Source of the DNA: Megasphaera elsdenii DSM 20460
GTDB lineage: Bacteria > Bacillota > Negativicutes > Veillonellales > Megasphaeraceae
DNA: 32,000 nt
Assembly: GCF_003010495.1 (NCBI RefSeq)
Contig: NZ_CP027570.1
Span: 960,001-992,000 of the forward strand
Reading direction: 5' to 3'
Positions 24,317 through 32,000 of the stretch are shown here, in pieces; the stretch's first letter is position 1, and every line of letters starts with the position of its first letter. A program made the position numbers and the translations under genes. Below the pieces are notes generated by a model that saw only the letters and a list, made by a program, of their open reading frames with translations, had not been told where the DNA came from and ran no database searches.

Positions 24317-25252
24317 ATGGGAAAAGTCCATGCTGTTTGTATCAGTACGATTCGCGGCATTGCCAAACAGGCTGTGCCAGAAGGTAAATTCGTAGTAAAC
24401 TGGGGCATCGAAGGCGATGCGCATGCGGAACACTGGCACCGCCAGGTCAGCCTGCTCGGTTTGGAATGTATCGAAGCTTTTCGCCGCCGCGGCGGTAACG
24501 TGGAATTCGGTGCTTTTGGCGAAAATCTCGTCGTCGACGGCTTCCATTTTTCGTCCCTCCCTGTCGGGACACTGCTTCGCTGTGGGGATGTCCTCTTGGA
24601 AATCACTCAGATCGGCAAAGAATGTCATAATCACTGTGCCGTCTATGAAGCTGTCGGCGACTGCATCATGCCGAGAGAAGGCGTTTTTGCCCGCGTCCTC
24701 GAAGGCGGTATCATCCGCCCTGGCGACAGGATGGTCGAAGTGCAGCGAAAGGGGAAACGGCCTTATCAGGCTGCTGTCATCACCTTGTCGGATAAAGGCA
24801 GTAAAGGATTGCGGAAGGATACTAGCGGTCCCCTGATTGCCCAGCGGTTGGAACAGGCTGGTTTTGAAGTCATTGAACAGATTCTCCTGCCCGATGGCAA
24901 AGGGCCGCTAGAACAACAATTCTGTCGACTGGCCGACCAGCGCCAGGCCGACCTCATCTTGACGACAGGCGGTACGGGCTTTGGCCATCGCGACGTCACG
25001 CCCGAAGCGACGCTGGCCGTTGCCGACCGCCAGGCACCGGGCATTGCCGAAGCTATCCGGGCGGCTTCCATGAAGATTACGCCGCGGGCCATGTTGTCCC
25101 GGGCTGTCAGCGTCATCCGCAAGAAGACCCTGATCATCAACCTGCCCGGCAGCCCCAAGGCCTGCCAGGAATGTATGGATGTCTTCCTCGATACGATTCC
25201 TCATGGCCTCGATTTGCTGCGCGGTGAAGTCCGGGATTGCGGTCGCAAGTAA
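24317..25252 (+). CDS. MOSC domain - MogA/MoaB fusion protein
   Basis: The N-terminal ~140 aa form a MOSC-like beta-barrel (GENLVVDG..., ITQIGKECH). The C-terminal ~165 aa are MogA/MoaB (LILTTGGTGFGHRDVTPEA). Confidence 0.75.
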   Translation: MGKVHAVCISTIRGIAKQAVPEGKFVVNWGIEGDAHAEHWHRQVSLLGLECIEAFRRRGGNVEFGAFGENLVVDGFHFSSLPVGTLLRCGDVLLEITQIGKECHNHCAVYEAVGDCIMPREGVFARVLEGGIIRPGDRMVEVQRKGKRPYQAAVITLSDKGSKGLRKDTSGPLIAQRLEQAGFEVIEQILLPDGKGPLEQQFCRLADQRQADLILTTGGTGFGHRDVTPEATLAVADRQAPGIAEAIRAASMKITPRAMLSRAVSVIRKKTLIINLPGSPKACQECMDVFLDTIPHGLDLLRGEVRDCGRK

Positions 25253-25259
25253 ATATAGA

Positions 25260-25271
25260 TAAACTAGTTTA
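25260..25271. promoter_or_regulatory. perfect 12-bp palindrome TAAACTAGTTTA upstream of modA
   Basis: Sits in the 38-bp spacer before the modA RBS. It may be an operator (ModE-like?). No functional evidence. Confidence 0.2.
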
Positions 25272-25290
25272 CTTTGCGTAAAGGAGATGC

Positions 25291-26142
25291 ATGATGATGA
25301 CGTGGAAAAAAGTAGTCACAGCGGTCTTGGCCGGGACCCTGGCCTTTGCCCTGGCCGGCTGCGGGCCGGATAAGAAGAGCGACAAGGCTGGCGGGAACGG
25401 CGATAAAGTCCATCTGACGGTCTTTGCGGCGGCCAGCATGACAGAAACGATGAACCAGATTGCTGACCAGTATCAGAAAGAACATCCGGATGTGGAAATT
25501 TCCTTTAACTTCGATTCGTCGGGGACATTGAAGACGCAGATCCAGAACGGCGCCGACTGCGACCTCTTCATCTCGGCAGCCCAGAAGCAGATGAACCAGC
25601 TCGACGCCTCGAAAGACGCCAATGCCAATCCGGACAAGCTGGACTTCGTCAAGGACGGCAGCCGCGTCGACCTCTTGGAAAATAAAGTCGTCCTGGTGAC
25701 GCCAGAAGGCAATCCCAAGGGTATCCAGGATTTTGCCGATATGGCAGCGAAATTGAAGGACGGCTCTATCCGCCTGGTCATGGGTAACAGCGATGTCCCT
25801 GTCGGCCAGTATACACAGAAAATCTTGAAGTTCTACCATCTCGATGAACAGGACATCGCCCAGGCCGGCCACATCACGTATGGCTCGAATGTCAAAGAAG
25901 TGACGACCCAGGTCCGCGAGGGCAGTGCCGACTGCGGCGTCATCTATGCGACCGATGCTTTCAGTGCCAAATTGAAACCCGTCGACGAAGCGACGAAAGC
26001 CATGTGCGGCCAGGTCATTTATCCGGCGGCCGTCATGAAGAACAGCAAGCATCCGCAGGAAGCGCAGTCTTTCCTCGATTACCTCAAGGGCCAAGAAGCC
26101 ATGACGGTTTTCCAGCGCGTCGGCTTCAGCCCCGTCGGCTAA
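25291..26142 (+). CDS. modA: molybdate ABC transporter substrate-binding lipoprotein
   Basis: Signal peptide with lipobox LAGC. ModA-like periplasmic binding fold (VFAAASM..., GNSDVPVGQY). Confidence 0.88.
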   Translation: MMMTWKKVVTAVLAGTLAFALAGCGPDKKSDKAGGNGDKVHLTVFAAASMTETMNQIADQYQKEHPDVEISFNFDSSGTLKTQIQNGADCDLFISAAQKQMNQLDASKDANANPDKLDFVKDGSRVDLLENKVVLVTPEGNPKGIQDFADMAAKLKDGSIRLVMGNSDVPVGQYTQKILKFYHLDEQDIAQAGHITYGSNVKEVTTQVREGSADCGVIYATDAFSAKLKPVDEATKAMCGQVIYPAAVMKNSKHPQEAQSFLDYLKGQEAMTVFQRVGFSPVG

Positions 26143-26154
26143 GGATGGCTGCTT

Positions 26155-26826
26155 ATGGACTGGTATCCTCTCTGGAACAGCCTGCGAATTGCCGCTATTT
26201 CCTGCGTCCTCGTCTTCTTTAGCGGTCTTGCCCTGGCATATTACGTCGCCCGCCTGCCGCGGGTCCTCAAGGGGCTCTTCGATGTCGTCCTGACGTTGCC
26301 CCTGGTCCTGCCGCCGACGGTCTGCGGCTGGCTGCTGCTCCTGGTCTTTGGCTTGAAGCACCCGGTCGGCATCTTTCTCAACGACGTGGGCATCCGCTTC
26401 GTCATGACCTGGTATGGCGGCGTCCTGGCGTCGGCTGTCGTCGCCTTTCCCCTCATGTACCGCACGGCCCGCGGGGCCTTTGAGAGTTTCGATGAAACCC
26501 TGGCCTGGAGCGGTAAGACCCTAGGCCTGTCGGATACGTTCATTTTCTGGCGCATCCGCCTGCCCTACTGCAAGCAGGGCATTATCGCCGGGACGGTCCT
26601 GGCCTTTGCCCGGGCTTTGGGTGAATACGGGGCGACGAGTATGCTCATCGGCTATATTCCCAAGAATACGGCGACTATTTCGACGACGGTCTACCAGTTA
26701 TGGCGGACCAATGACGAGTACAGCGCCTTCATCTGGGTCCTGGTGAACCTCGCTATCAGTGCCGTCGTCCTGCTGACAGTCAATCTCTTTGAAAAGCGCA
26801 GCCGCGAAAGGAGACACCTGGCATGA
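26155..26826 (+). CDS. modB: molybdate ABC transporter permease
   Basis: 223 aa, multi-TM, with the CysT/ModB-type loop FARALGEYGAT. Confidence 0.88.
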   Translation: MDWYPLWNSLRIAAISCVLVFFSGLALAYYVARLPRVLKGLFDVVLTLPLVLPPTVCGWLLLLVFGLKHPVGIFLNDVGIRFVMTWYGGVLASAVVAFPLMYRTARGAFESFDETLAWSGKTLGLSDTFIFWRIRLPYCKQGIIAGTVLAFARALGEYGATSMLIGYIPKNTATISTTVYQLWRTNDEYSAFIWVLVNLAISAVVLLTVNLFEKRSRERRHLA

Positions 26827-27863
26827 TCGAACTGGATATCCATAAACGCTGGGGGTCTTTTTCCCTCGACGTGCAGCTTCGCCATCAAGGTGGCATCCTC
26901 GGCCTTCTCGGCGCTTCGGGCTGCGGCAAGAGTAAGACCTTGCAGTGTATTGCCGGCATCGAAAGGCCTGATGCCGGGAAAATCGTCGTCGGGACGCGGA
27001 CTTTTTTCGACAGCGAACGGCAGGTCAACGTCCCTGTCCCGCAGCGGCGCGTGGGCTATCTGTTTCAGCACTATGCCTTATTTCCCAATATGACCGTCGA
27101 AGAAAATATCCGCTGTGGTGTCCGTACGGCGTCGCCGAAAGGAGAAGCCCGCCAGCAGGTCCGGGATATGATGGAACGACTGCGGCTGACGGGACTGGAA
27201 AGGCAGAAACCGGCTGAGTTATCCGGCGGCCAGCAGCAGCGCGTCGCCCTGGCCCGCATCTTGGTCAATGAACCGGACATCCTGCTCCTGGATGAACCGT
27301 TCAGCGCCCTGGACAGTTATTTAAAAGAAAAAGTCATGACCGAACTCAAGGACTTATTACAGCAATTCCCGAAAGACGTCGTCCTGGTAACGCACAGCCG
27401 CGATGAGGCCTATCAGCTCTGTCAGGCCATTGCCGTCCTCGATGACGGCTGCGTATCAGCCTGTGCGCCGACGAAGGAGCTCTTTGCCGACCCCAAGTCT
27501 CGGGCGGCGGCGGTCCTGACGGGATGCAAGAACATCGCAGCAGCCCGCAAGGCTGGGGCGGATACGGTCTTTGTCCCGTCGTGGCAGGTGACCTTACAGA
27601 CGGGACGGCCCGTTGGCGACGACCTCTGCGCTATCGGCATCCGCGGCCATGCTTTTCACGGCGGTGACGGCGAAAATGCCCGGCCCATCGTCGTGACTGA
27701 AGAAATCGAACAGCCCTTTGAATGGATCGTCAAGTTCCGCTATGCCGGTCAGACGGCGGGGGCACAGGCTCTCTGGTGGCGCTTTGCCAAACCGGAACGG
27801 CCGGCTGTCCTGCCGGATCGGTTATCTGTCAGGGGCGAAGATATTTTACTCTTATACAGGTGA
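26823..27863 (+). CDS. modC: molybdate ABC transporter ATP-binding protein with a C-terminal TOBE-like domain
   Basis: Walker A GASGCGKSK, signature LSGGQQQRV, Walker B ILLLDEP. ATGA overlap with modB. Confidence 0.85.
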   Translation: MIELDIHKRWGSFSLDVQLRHQGGILGLLGASGCGKSKTLQCIAGIERPDAGKIVVGTRTFFDSERQVNVPVPQRRVGYLFQHYALFPNMTVEENIRCGVRTASPKGEARQQVRDMMERLRLTGLERQKPAELSGGQQQRVALARILVNEPDILLLDEPFSALDSYLKEKVMTELKDLLQQFPKDVVLVTHSRDEAYQLCQAIAVLDDGCVSACAPTKELFADPKSRAAAVLTGCKNIAAARKAGADTVFVPSWQVTLQTGRPVGDDLCAIGIRGHAFHGGDGENARPIVVTEEIEQPFEWIVKFRYAGQTAGAQALWWRFAKPERPAVLPDRLSVRGEDILLLYR

Positions 27864-27868
27864 TATTT

Positions 27869-28924
27869 ATGGAAACTTTATTTGACCGACTTTATCATGA
27901 ATTACAGGCCGGCCAGCCGGCTGTCCTGCTGACCGTCGTCGCCAGCCAAGGGTCGACGCCGCGGGGCATCGGCAGCCATCAGGCCGTCTTTGCTGACGGG
28001 ACGACGGCCGGTACCGTCGGCGGCGGCTATCAGGAATACTTGGCCATCCAGGCCGGGAAACAATGCCTGGCCCAGCAGCAATCGGCTTTCCGCCGCCTCA
28101 TCCTCCATCCCAACGACGAAGAAGACATCAACGCGGCCTGCGGCGGCGAATTGACTGTGTTCTGCCAATATCTCGACCCGGCTGAACCGGGGCTGCTGGA
28201 CCTGCTGTCAGTCATCCTTCAGGCCCTGCGCCAGCAGACGGCGTCGTGGCTGGCTCTCGATGTCAGCGATGAAAGGCAATGGGGCATGGCCCTGGTACGG
28301 GAAGGGGCTGTACAAGGCTGCGGCCAGATGGGCTCCTTGCAGGCTGTCGATGCCGCCTGGTGCCGGCAGAACGTAGCCGGCATGGCCGGCGACGGCCAGC
28401 GCCGCTGGTATAGTGAACCTCTGGCCTATCCGGGGCGGGTCTTCATCTTCGGCGGCGGGCACGTTTCCCAGGCCCTGGTCCCGGTCCTGGCCAGTATCGG
28501 CTTTTCCTGCACCGTCGTCGATGACCGGGCTGAATTTGCCGACCCGGCCTTATTCCCGCAAGCAGAAGCCGTCTATGAGGCCGATTATGAGGCCCTTCCG
28601 GCAGACCTGGGCGTGACGCCGGACGATTATGTTTGCATCATGACCCGCGGCCATGTCGGCGACTACGATGTCCAGCGCCAGATGCTGGCTATCAAGCCCT
28701 ATTACCTCGGCGTCATCGGCAGCCGCCGTAAACTGGCCTTTGTCAAAGAAAAGCTCCTGGCCGACGGATTTACGGCCGCAGAAATCGACGCCTGCCACGC
28801 GCCGATCGGCCTGGCCATTTCGGCCGTGACACCGGCAGAAATCGCCATCAGTATCGCGGCGGAACTCATTGCCATCCGGGCCAAGCGGGAAGGCCGAGAA
28901 AAGAGCCGCTACCACAAGCCATGA
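27869..28924 (+). CDS. xdhC: XdhC/CoxI-family Moco-insertion accessory protein
   Basis: The ATG at 27869 lies 5 nt after the modC stop; the ORF-track start at 27722 overlaps modC. N-terminal VASQGSTPR motif and Rossmann-like IFGGGHVSQAL. Confidence 0.8.
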   Translation: METLFDRLYHELQAGQPAVLLTVVASQGSTPRGIGSHQAVFADGTTAGTVGGGYQEYLAIQAGKQCLAQQQSAFRRLILHPNDEEDINAACGGELTVFCQYLDPAEPGLLDLLSVILQALRQQTASWLALDVSDERQWGMALVREGAVQGCGQMGSLQAVDAAWCRQNVAGMAGDGQRRWYSEPLAYPGRVFIFGGGHVSQALVPVLASIGFSCTVVDDRAEFADPALFPQAEAVYEADYEALPADLGVTPDDYVCIMTRGHVGDYDVQRQMLAIKPYYLGVIGSRRKLAFVKEKLLADGFTAAEIDACHAPIGLAISAVTPAEIAISIAAELIAIRAKREGREKSRYHKP

Positions 28925-29580
28925 CGGCAGCGGTCTATACGTATATCGGGGCTGGCGGTAAGACCACGTCGATTTACAGCCGGGCCCGGCAGGAACAGGA
29001 GGCAGGCCGGCGCGTGGCTGTCGTGACGACGACCCATATGATGCGGCCGGACCGATGGTTTGTCCCGGCTGATTTGCCAGCAGGGTGGCAGGACCCGTGG
29101 CAGCGCGACGGCATCGTCGTCGTCGGGCAGGACGGAGCGGATGGGAAAATTACCTGGCCTGGAGACGACGTTTACTTTCGTTTATGCACGGCAGCTGACG
29201 TCGTCCTCGTCGAAGGGGACGGATCGCGGCGCCTGCCCCTGAAGGTCATGGGACCCCATGAGCCGGTCATTCCAGCCAATACCTGCGAAGTGCACTGCTT
29301 GGCCGGGCTGTCTGCCCTGGGCCGACCGGTCCGGGACGTCTGTTTCCGCTGGGAGCTCTTGAATCTGGATCCGGAAACGGTCGTGACCGAACGCCTCCTG
29401 GCCTATATCGTGGAAGCCGGCTGCCTGGCCCGTATCGGAGACTGGAAAGACAAGACGACCGTCGTCCTCAACCAGGCCGATGACGAGGCACTGTGCCAGG
29501 CAGGGAAGCGGATCTTGAAGAAGCTGTCCCGGCCGGGGAAACTGACGGCGTATCCAGCAGAAATGAGGGAATCGAAATGA
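28921..29580 (+). CDS. yqeC: YqeC-family selenium-cofactor biosynthesis protein
   Basis: 219 aa with the N-terminal P-loop-like motif IGAGGKTT. ATGA overlaps on both sides. Size and context match the SDMH marker YqeC. Confidence 0.7.
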   Translation: MTAAVYTYIGAGGKTTSIYSRARQEQEAGRRVAVVTTTHMMRPDRWFVPADLPAGWQDPWQRDGIVVVGQDGADGKITWPGDDVYFRLCTAADVVLVEGDGSRRLPLKVMGPHEPVIPANTCEVHCLAGLSALGRPVRDVCFRWELLNLDPETVVTERLLAYIVEAGCLARIGDWKDKTTVVLNQADDEALCQAGKRILKKLSRPGKLTAYPAEMRESK

Positions 29581-30182
29581 AGATAGCATTGATCTTGATG
29601 GCGTCCGGCTTTGGCCGGCGCTTTGGCGGCCATAAATTAGAAATACTCGTTCATGGCCGCCCTTTATATACGTATGGAATGAAAAGTCTGTGTCAGGCGG
29701 CACAGGCTTTTTTGCCATGTTCCGGCATCGATTGCCAGGTGACCGTCGTGACAGCCCATGCGGCCATTGCCTCGGCCTGCCGGGATCAGGGCATCGACGT
29801 CGTGTGGAACGACCAGGCCGGTGAAGGCATGGCGGCATCGCTGCGCTGTGCTGTCGAAGCCTGTCATGACGCCGGCGCCTGGGCCTTTTTTCCAGCCGAC
29901 CAACCCTTGCTGACGTCAGAGACGGTTACCGATTTTCTCCGGCAGTTCCTGGCCTCGGGTGCACCTTTGGGCTGTATGCATAACGGCGAACGCCGTTGCA
30001 GTCCCGCTATTTTCCGCCGTATTTATGGGCCGGAATTGCTTCGGTTGCACGGTGATACTGGCGGGCGCCAATTCCTGCGCAGTCCCCAGACCTGGGTTTA
30101 TCGGCCAAAGAAGACGGATGAATTATTTGATATAGATTACCAGAAAGATTTAATCTTTTTAAATAAACAAGGATTAAAATAA
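29577..30182 (+). CDS. mocA: MocA/YgfJ-like nucleotidyltransferase (Moco cytidylyltransferase family)
   Basis: The ATG at 29577 gives MKIALILMASGFGRRFGG, the MobA-like NTP-transferase signature. About 200 aa. Confidence 0.7.
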   Translation: MKIALILMASGFGRRFGGHKLEILVHGRPLYTYGMKSLCQAAQAFLPCSGIDCQVTVVTAHAAIASACRDQGIDVVWNDQAGEGMAASLRCAVEACHDAGAWAFFPADQPLLTSETVTDFLRQFLASGAPLGCMHNGERRCSPAIFRRIYGPELLRLHGDTGGRQFLRSPQTWVYRPKKTDELFDIDYQKDLIFLNKQGLK

Positions 30183-30291
30183 CTATGATTAAAGTGTATT
30201 AATATTATATTTTAGACGAACTTTTGAATTGAATATATTTTTGTTATTTTTAAATTTAAATATAAAAATATAATTAAATAACGATAAAAGC

Positions 30292-30319
30292 TTTACAAAT
30301 TAAAATGAACGAGTATAAT
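30292..30319 (+). promoter_or_regulatory. sigma-70-type promoter of the permease gene
   Basis: -35 TTTACA (30292-30297), 16-nt spacer, -10 TATAAT (30314-30319), within a ~150-bp stretch that is very AT-rich by eye (about 85% AT). Confidence 0.55.
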
Positions 30320-30408
30320 AAAAGGCAGTTGAACGATTGACCGGCAGATTATTCCGTCAATCCATAGGGGAGTCAACGATACTTTACAATCATAAGGGGA
30401 GAGGTTCT

Positions 30409-31887
30409 ATGACGAAACACATCTTTAGAACCAAAAGTATCAGTGAGTTTATTTCGGAAACGAAACAAGACGGCGGTATGAACCGCGTCCTCGGTACTTT
30501 TGGCCTGACTATGCTCGGTATCGGCGCTATCGTCGGTACAGGCATCTTTGTCCTGACTGGCGTTGCCGCTGCCAACTATTCCGGTCCTGCACTCATCATT
30601 TCATTTATCATTGCAGCGTTGGCCTGCGGCTGTGCCGCCCTTTGTTATGCTGAATTTGCCGCCATGGTCCCAGTTGCCGGCAGTGCCTATACCTATGGGT
30701 ATGTCGCTCTCGGTGAATTTTGGGCCTGGGTCATCGGCTGGGACCTGATACTAGAGTACGCCTTTGCTGTATCAGCCGTCGCCATTGGCTGGTCCGGGTA
30801 TTTCAATAATATCCTGACCAATTTGGGCATCGTCCTGCCGAAAGCTTTGACACTGGCTCCGTATGACGGTGGTATCGTCAACTTGCCGGCTGTCCTCATC
30901 CTCTGTGTCATCGCCTTCATCAACATTCACGGCGTCCGCCAGAGTGCAACTGTCAACAACATCATCGTTGCCATCAAATTAGCTGTCGTCGCCTTGTTCC
31001 TGGCTTTAGGCTTCAGCCATGTCGATGCAGCCAACTGGGTTCCCTTCATGCCTTATGGCTGGTCGGGTGTCTTTGCCGGCGCATCCATCATCTTCTTCGC
31101 TTACATCGGTTTCGATGCTGTTTCTACGGCGGCTGAAGAAGTCAAGAATCCGCAGAAAGATTTGCCCCGCGGCATCATCTTGTCGCTCATCATCTGCACG
31201 GTCCTGTACATCGCCGTATCGGCTGTCCTCACCGGGATGGTTCCGTACCTCGAATTTAAGACGACAGCGGCTCCGGTTGCTTTCGCTCTCCAGGCCGTCG
31301 GCTATCATTGGGGCGCTGCAGCCATTTCCGTCGGCGCTATTTGCGGCCTCACTTCGGTCCTCCTGGTCATGAGTTTTGGCCAGAGCCGTGTCCTCTTCGT
31401 TATGTCCCGTGATGGATTGCTTCCGAAATTCTTCGGTCATGTCCATCCGAAATATAAGACTCCGGCCCGCAGCTCCCTGCTGGTCTGCGTCGTTACCGCC
31501 ATTACGGCCGGCTTCCTGCCCATCAACATCGTCGCTGAAATGACCAATATCGGCACGCTCTGTGCCTTCATCATCGTTTCGGCTGCGGTCATCGTCCTTC
31601 GCAAGAAGAACCCGAATCAGGAACGCGCTTTCAAATGTCCGCTCGTTCCCTTGGTTCCGCTCCTGGCTATCGCCTTCTGCGGTGTTCTCATTTACATGCT
31701 GCCCCTGGTTACACAGATCCGCTTCGTCGTATGGCTCTTGTTAGGCCTGGCCATTTACTTCGGCTATGGCTATAACCACAGCATCATCTCCCAGGCTCGC
31801 CGCGGTCAGCTCGGCGCAGCTCCCGTCCCGGGCGCTGTTGCACCGGCTGAACAAGCTGCTCAGGAAGGCCATCCGGCGAATCATTAA
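30409..31887 (+). CDS. APC-superfamily amino-acid (cationic amino-acid transporter-like) permease
   Basis: The ATG at 30409 follows AAGGGGAGAGG. About 12 TM segments. GIGAIVGTGIFVLTG signature. Confidence 0.85.
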   Translation: MTKHIFRTKSISEFISETKQDGGMNRVLGTFGLTMLGIGAIVGTGIFVLTGVAAANYSGPALIISFIIAALACGCAALCYAEFAAMVPVAGSAYTYGYVALGEFWAWVIGWDLILEYAFAVSAVAIGWSGYFNNILTNLGIVLPKALTLAPYDGGIVNLPAVLILCVIAFINIHGVRQSATVNNIIVAIKLAVVALFLALGFSHVDAANWVPFMPYGWSGVFAGASIIFFAYIGFDAVSTAAEEVKNPQKDLPRGIILSLIICTVLYIAVSAVLTGMVPYLEFKTTAAPVAFALQAVGYHWGAAAISVGAICGLTSVLLVMSFGQSRVLFVMSRDGLLPKFFGHVHPKYKTPARSSLLVCVVTAITAGFLPINIVAEMTNIGTLCAFIIVSAAVIVLRKKNPNQERAFKCPLVPLVPLLAIAFCGVLIYMLPLVTQIRFVVWLLLGLAIYFGYGYNHSIISQARRGQLGAAPVPGAVAPAEQAAQEGHPANH

Positions 31888-31920
31888 TCCGCTTTCCAAT
31901 CCAATACCAATACAGAAAAA

Positions 31921-31947
31921 GGCTGTCACTCTGTGACAGCCTTTTTC
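31921..31947 (+). terminator. intrinsic terminator after the permease gene
   Basis: GGCTGTCAC-TCT-GTGACAGCC forms a perfect 9-bp stem, followed by TTTTTC and preceded by AAAAA, so it may be bidirectional. Confidence 0.8.
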
Positions 31948-32000
31948 GATGTTAAAAATGCCCCAAGCGGGGTTTTGTAGGGGACGTCCTGAAAGGCGTC

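Noticed and set aside
30183-30336. ~150-bp very AT-rich stretch (about 85% AT by eye) as a horizontal-transfer or island boundary
   Set aside because: It is short, contains a well-formed promoter for the permease, and has no integrase, tRNA or direct repeats nearby. It is most simply a promoter/curved-DNA region.
31961-31976. Second small hairpin CCCC-AAGC-GGGG followed by TTTT after the permease terminator
   Set aside because: The stem is only 4 bp, which is too weak to call, and the window ends before any context is visible.

Overview
The window is almost entirely coding and metabolic, with Firmicute-style RBSs and about 55% GC. A Negativicutes or Clostridia-type anaerobe is my guess; I cannot verify it. 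There are four strand blocks.

(1) Minus strand, 1-5838: arcC, ygeW, ygeY, dpaL(ygeX) and a YheO-family regulator.

(2) Plus strand, 6181-15856: ssnA, ygfK, hyuA, xdhD, yqeB and an fdhD-like gene. Blocks 1 and 2 together are the counterpart of the E. coli ygeW-ygfK neighbourhood, i.e. the selenium-dependent molybdenum hydroxylase (SDMH) / anaerobic purine-urate catabolism cluster.

(3) Minus strand, 15988-21273: a tiny unannotated hydrophobic-peptide gene, moeA, a 4x[4Fe-4S] ferredoxin, a selenocysteine formate dehydrogenase that the ORF track splits at an in-frame TGA, and a mobA-mobB fusion.

(4) Plus strand, 21437-31887: a modE-like regulator, a molybdopterin-binding protein, moaC, moaA, a MOSC-MogA fusion, modABC, xdhC-like, yqeC, mocA-like, then an APC permease.

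I see no CRISPR array, transposase, phage, defence-system, rRNA or tRNA genes.

Structure not explained by the genes:
- A type I toxin-antitoxin-like cassette in the fdhD/moeA spacer: a 25-aa BsrG/holin-like peptide, convergent promoters, a shared bidirectional terminator and 15-bp inverted repeats.
- Two unrelated 7-bp tandem-repeat arrays in non-coding spacers of the SDMH cluster.
- An FdhD-like protein with no CxxC motif, translationally coupled to yqeB.
- A YgfK that appears to lack the NAD(P)H-binding subdomain.
- A recurring AT-rich 15-bp palindrome just upstream of the catabolic promoters.

All homology statements come from motif recognition and memory, not from searches.
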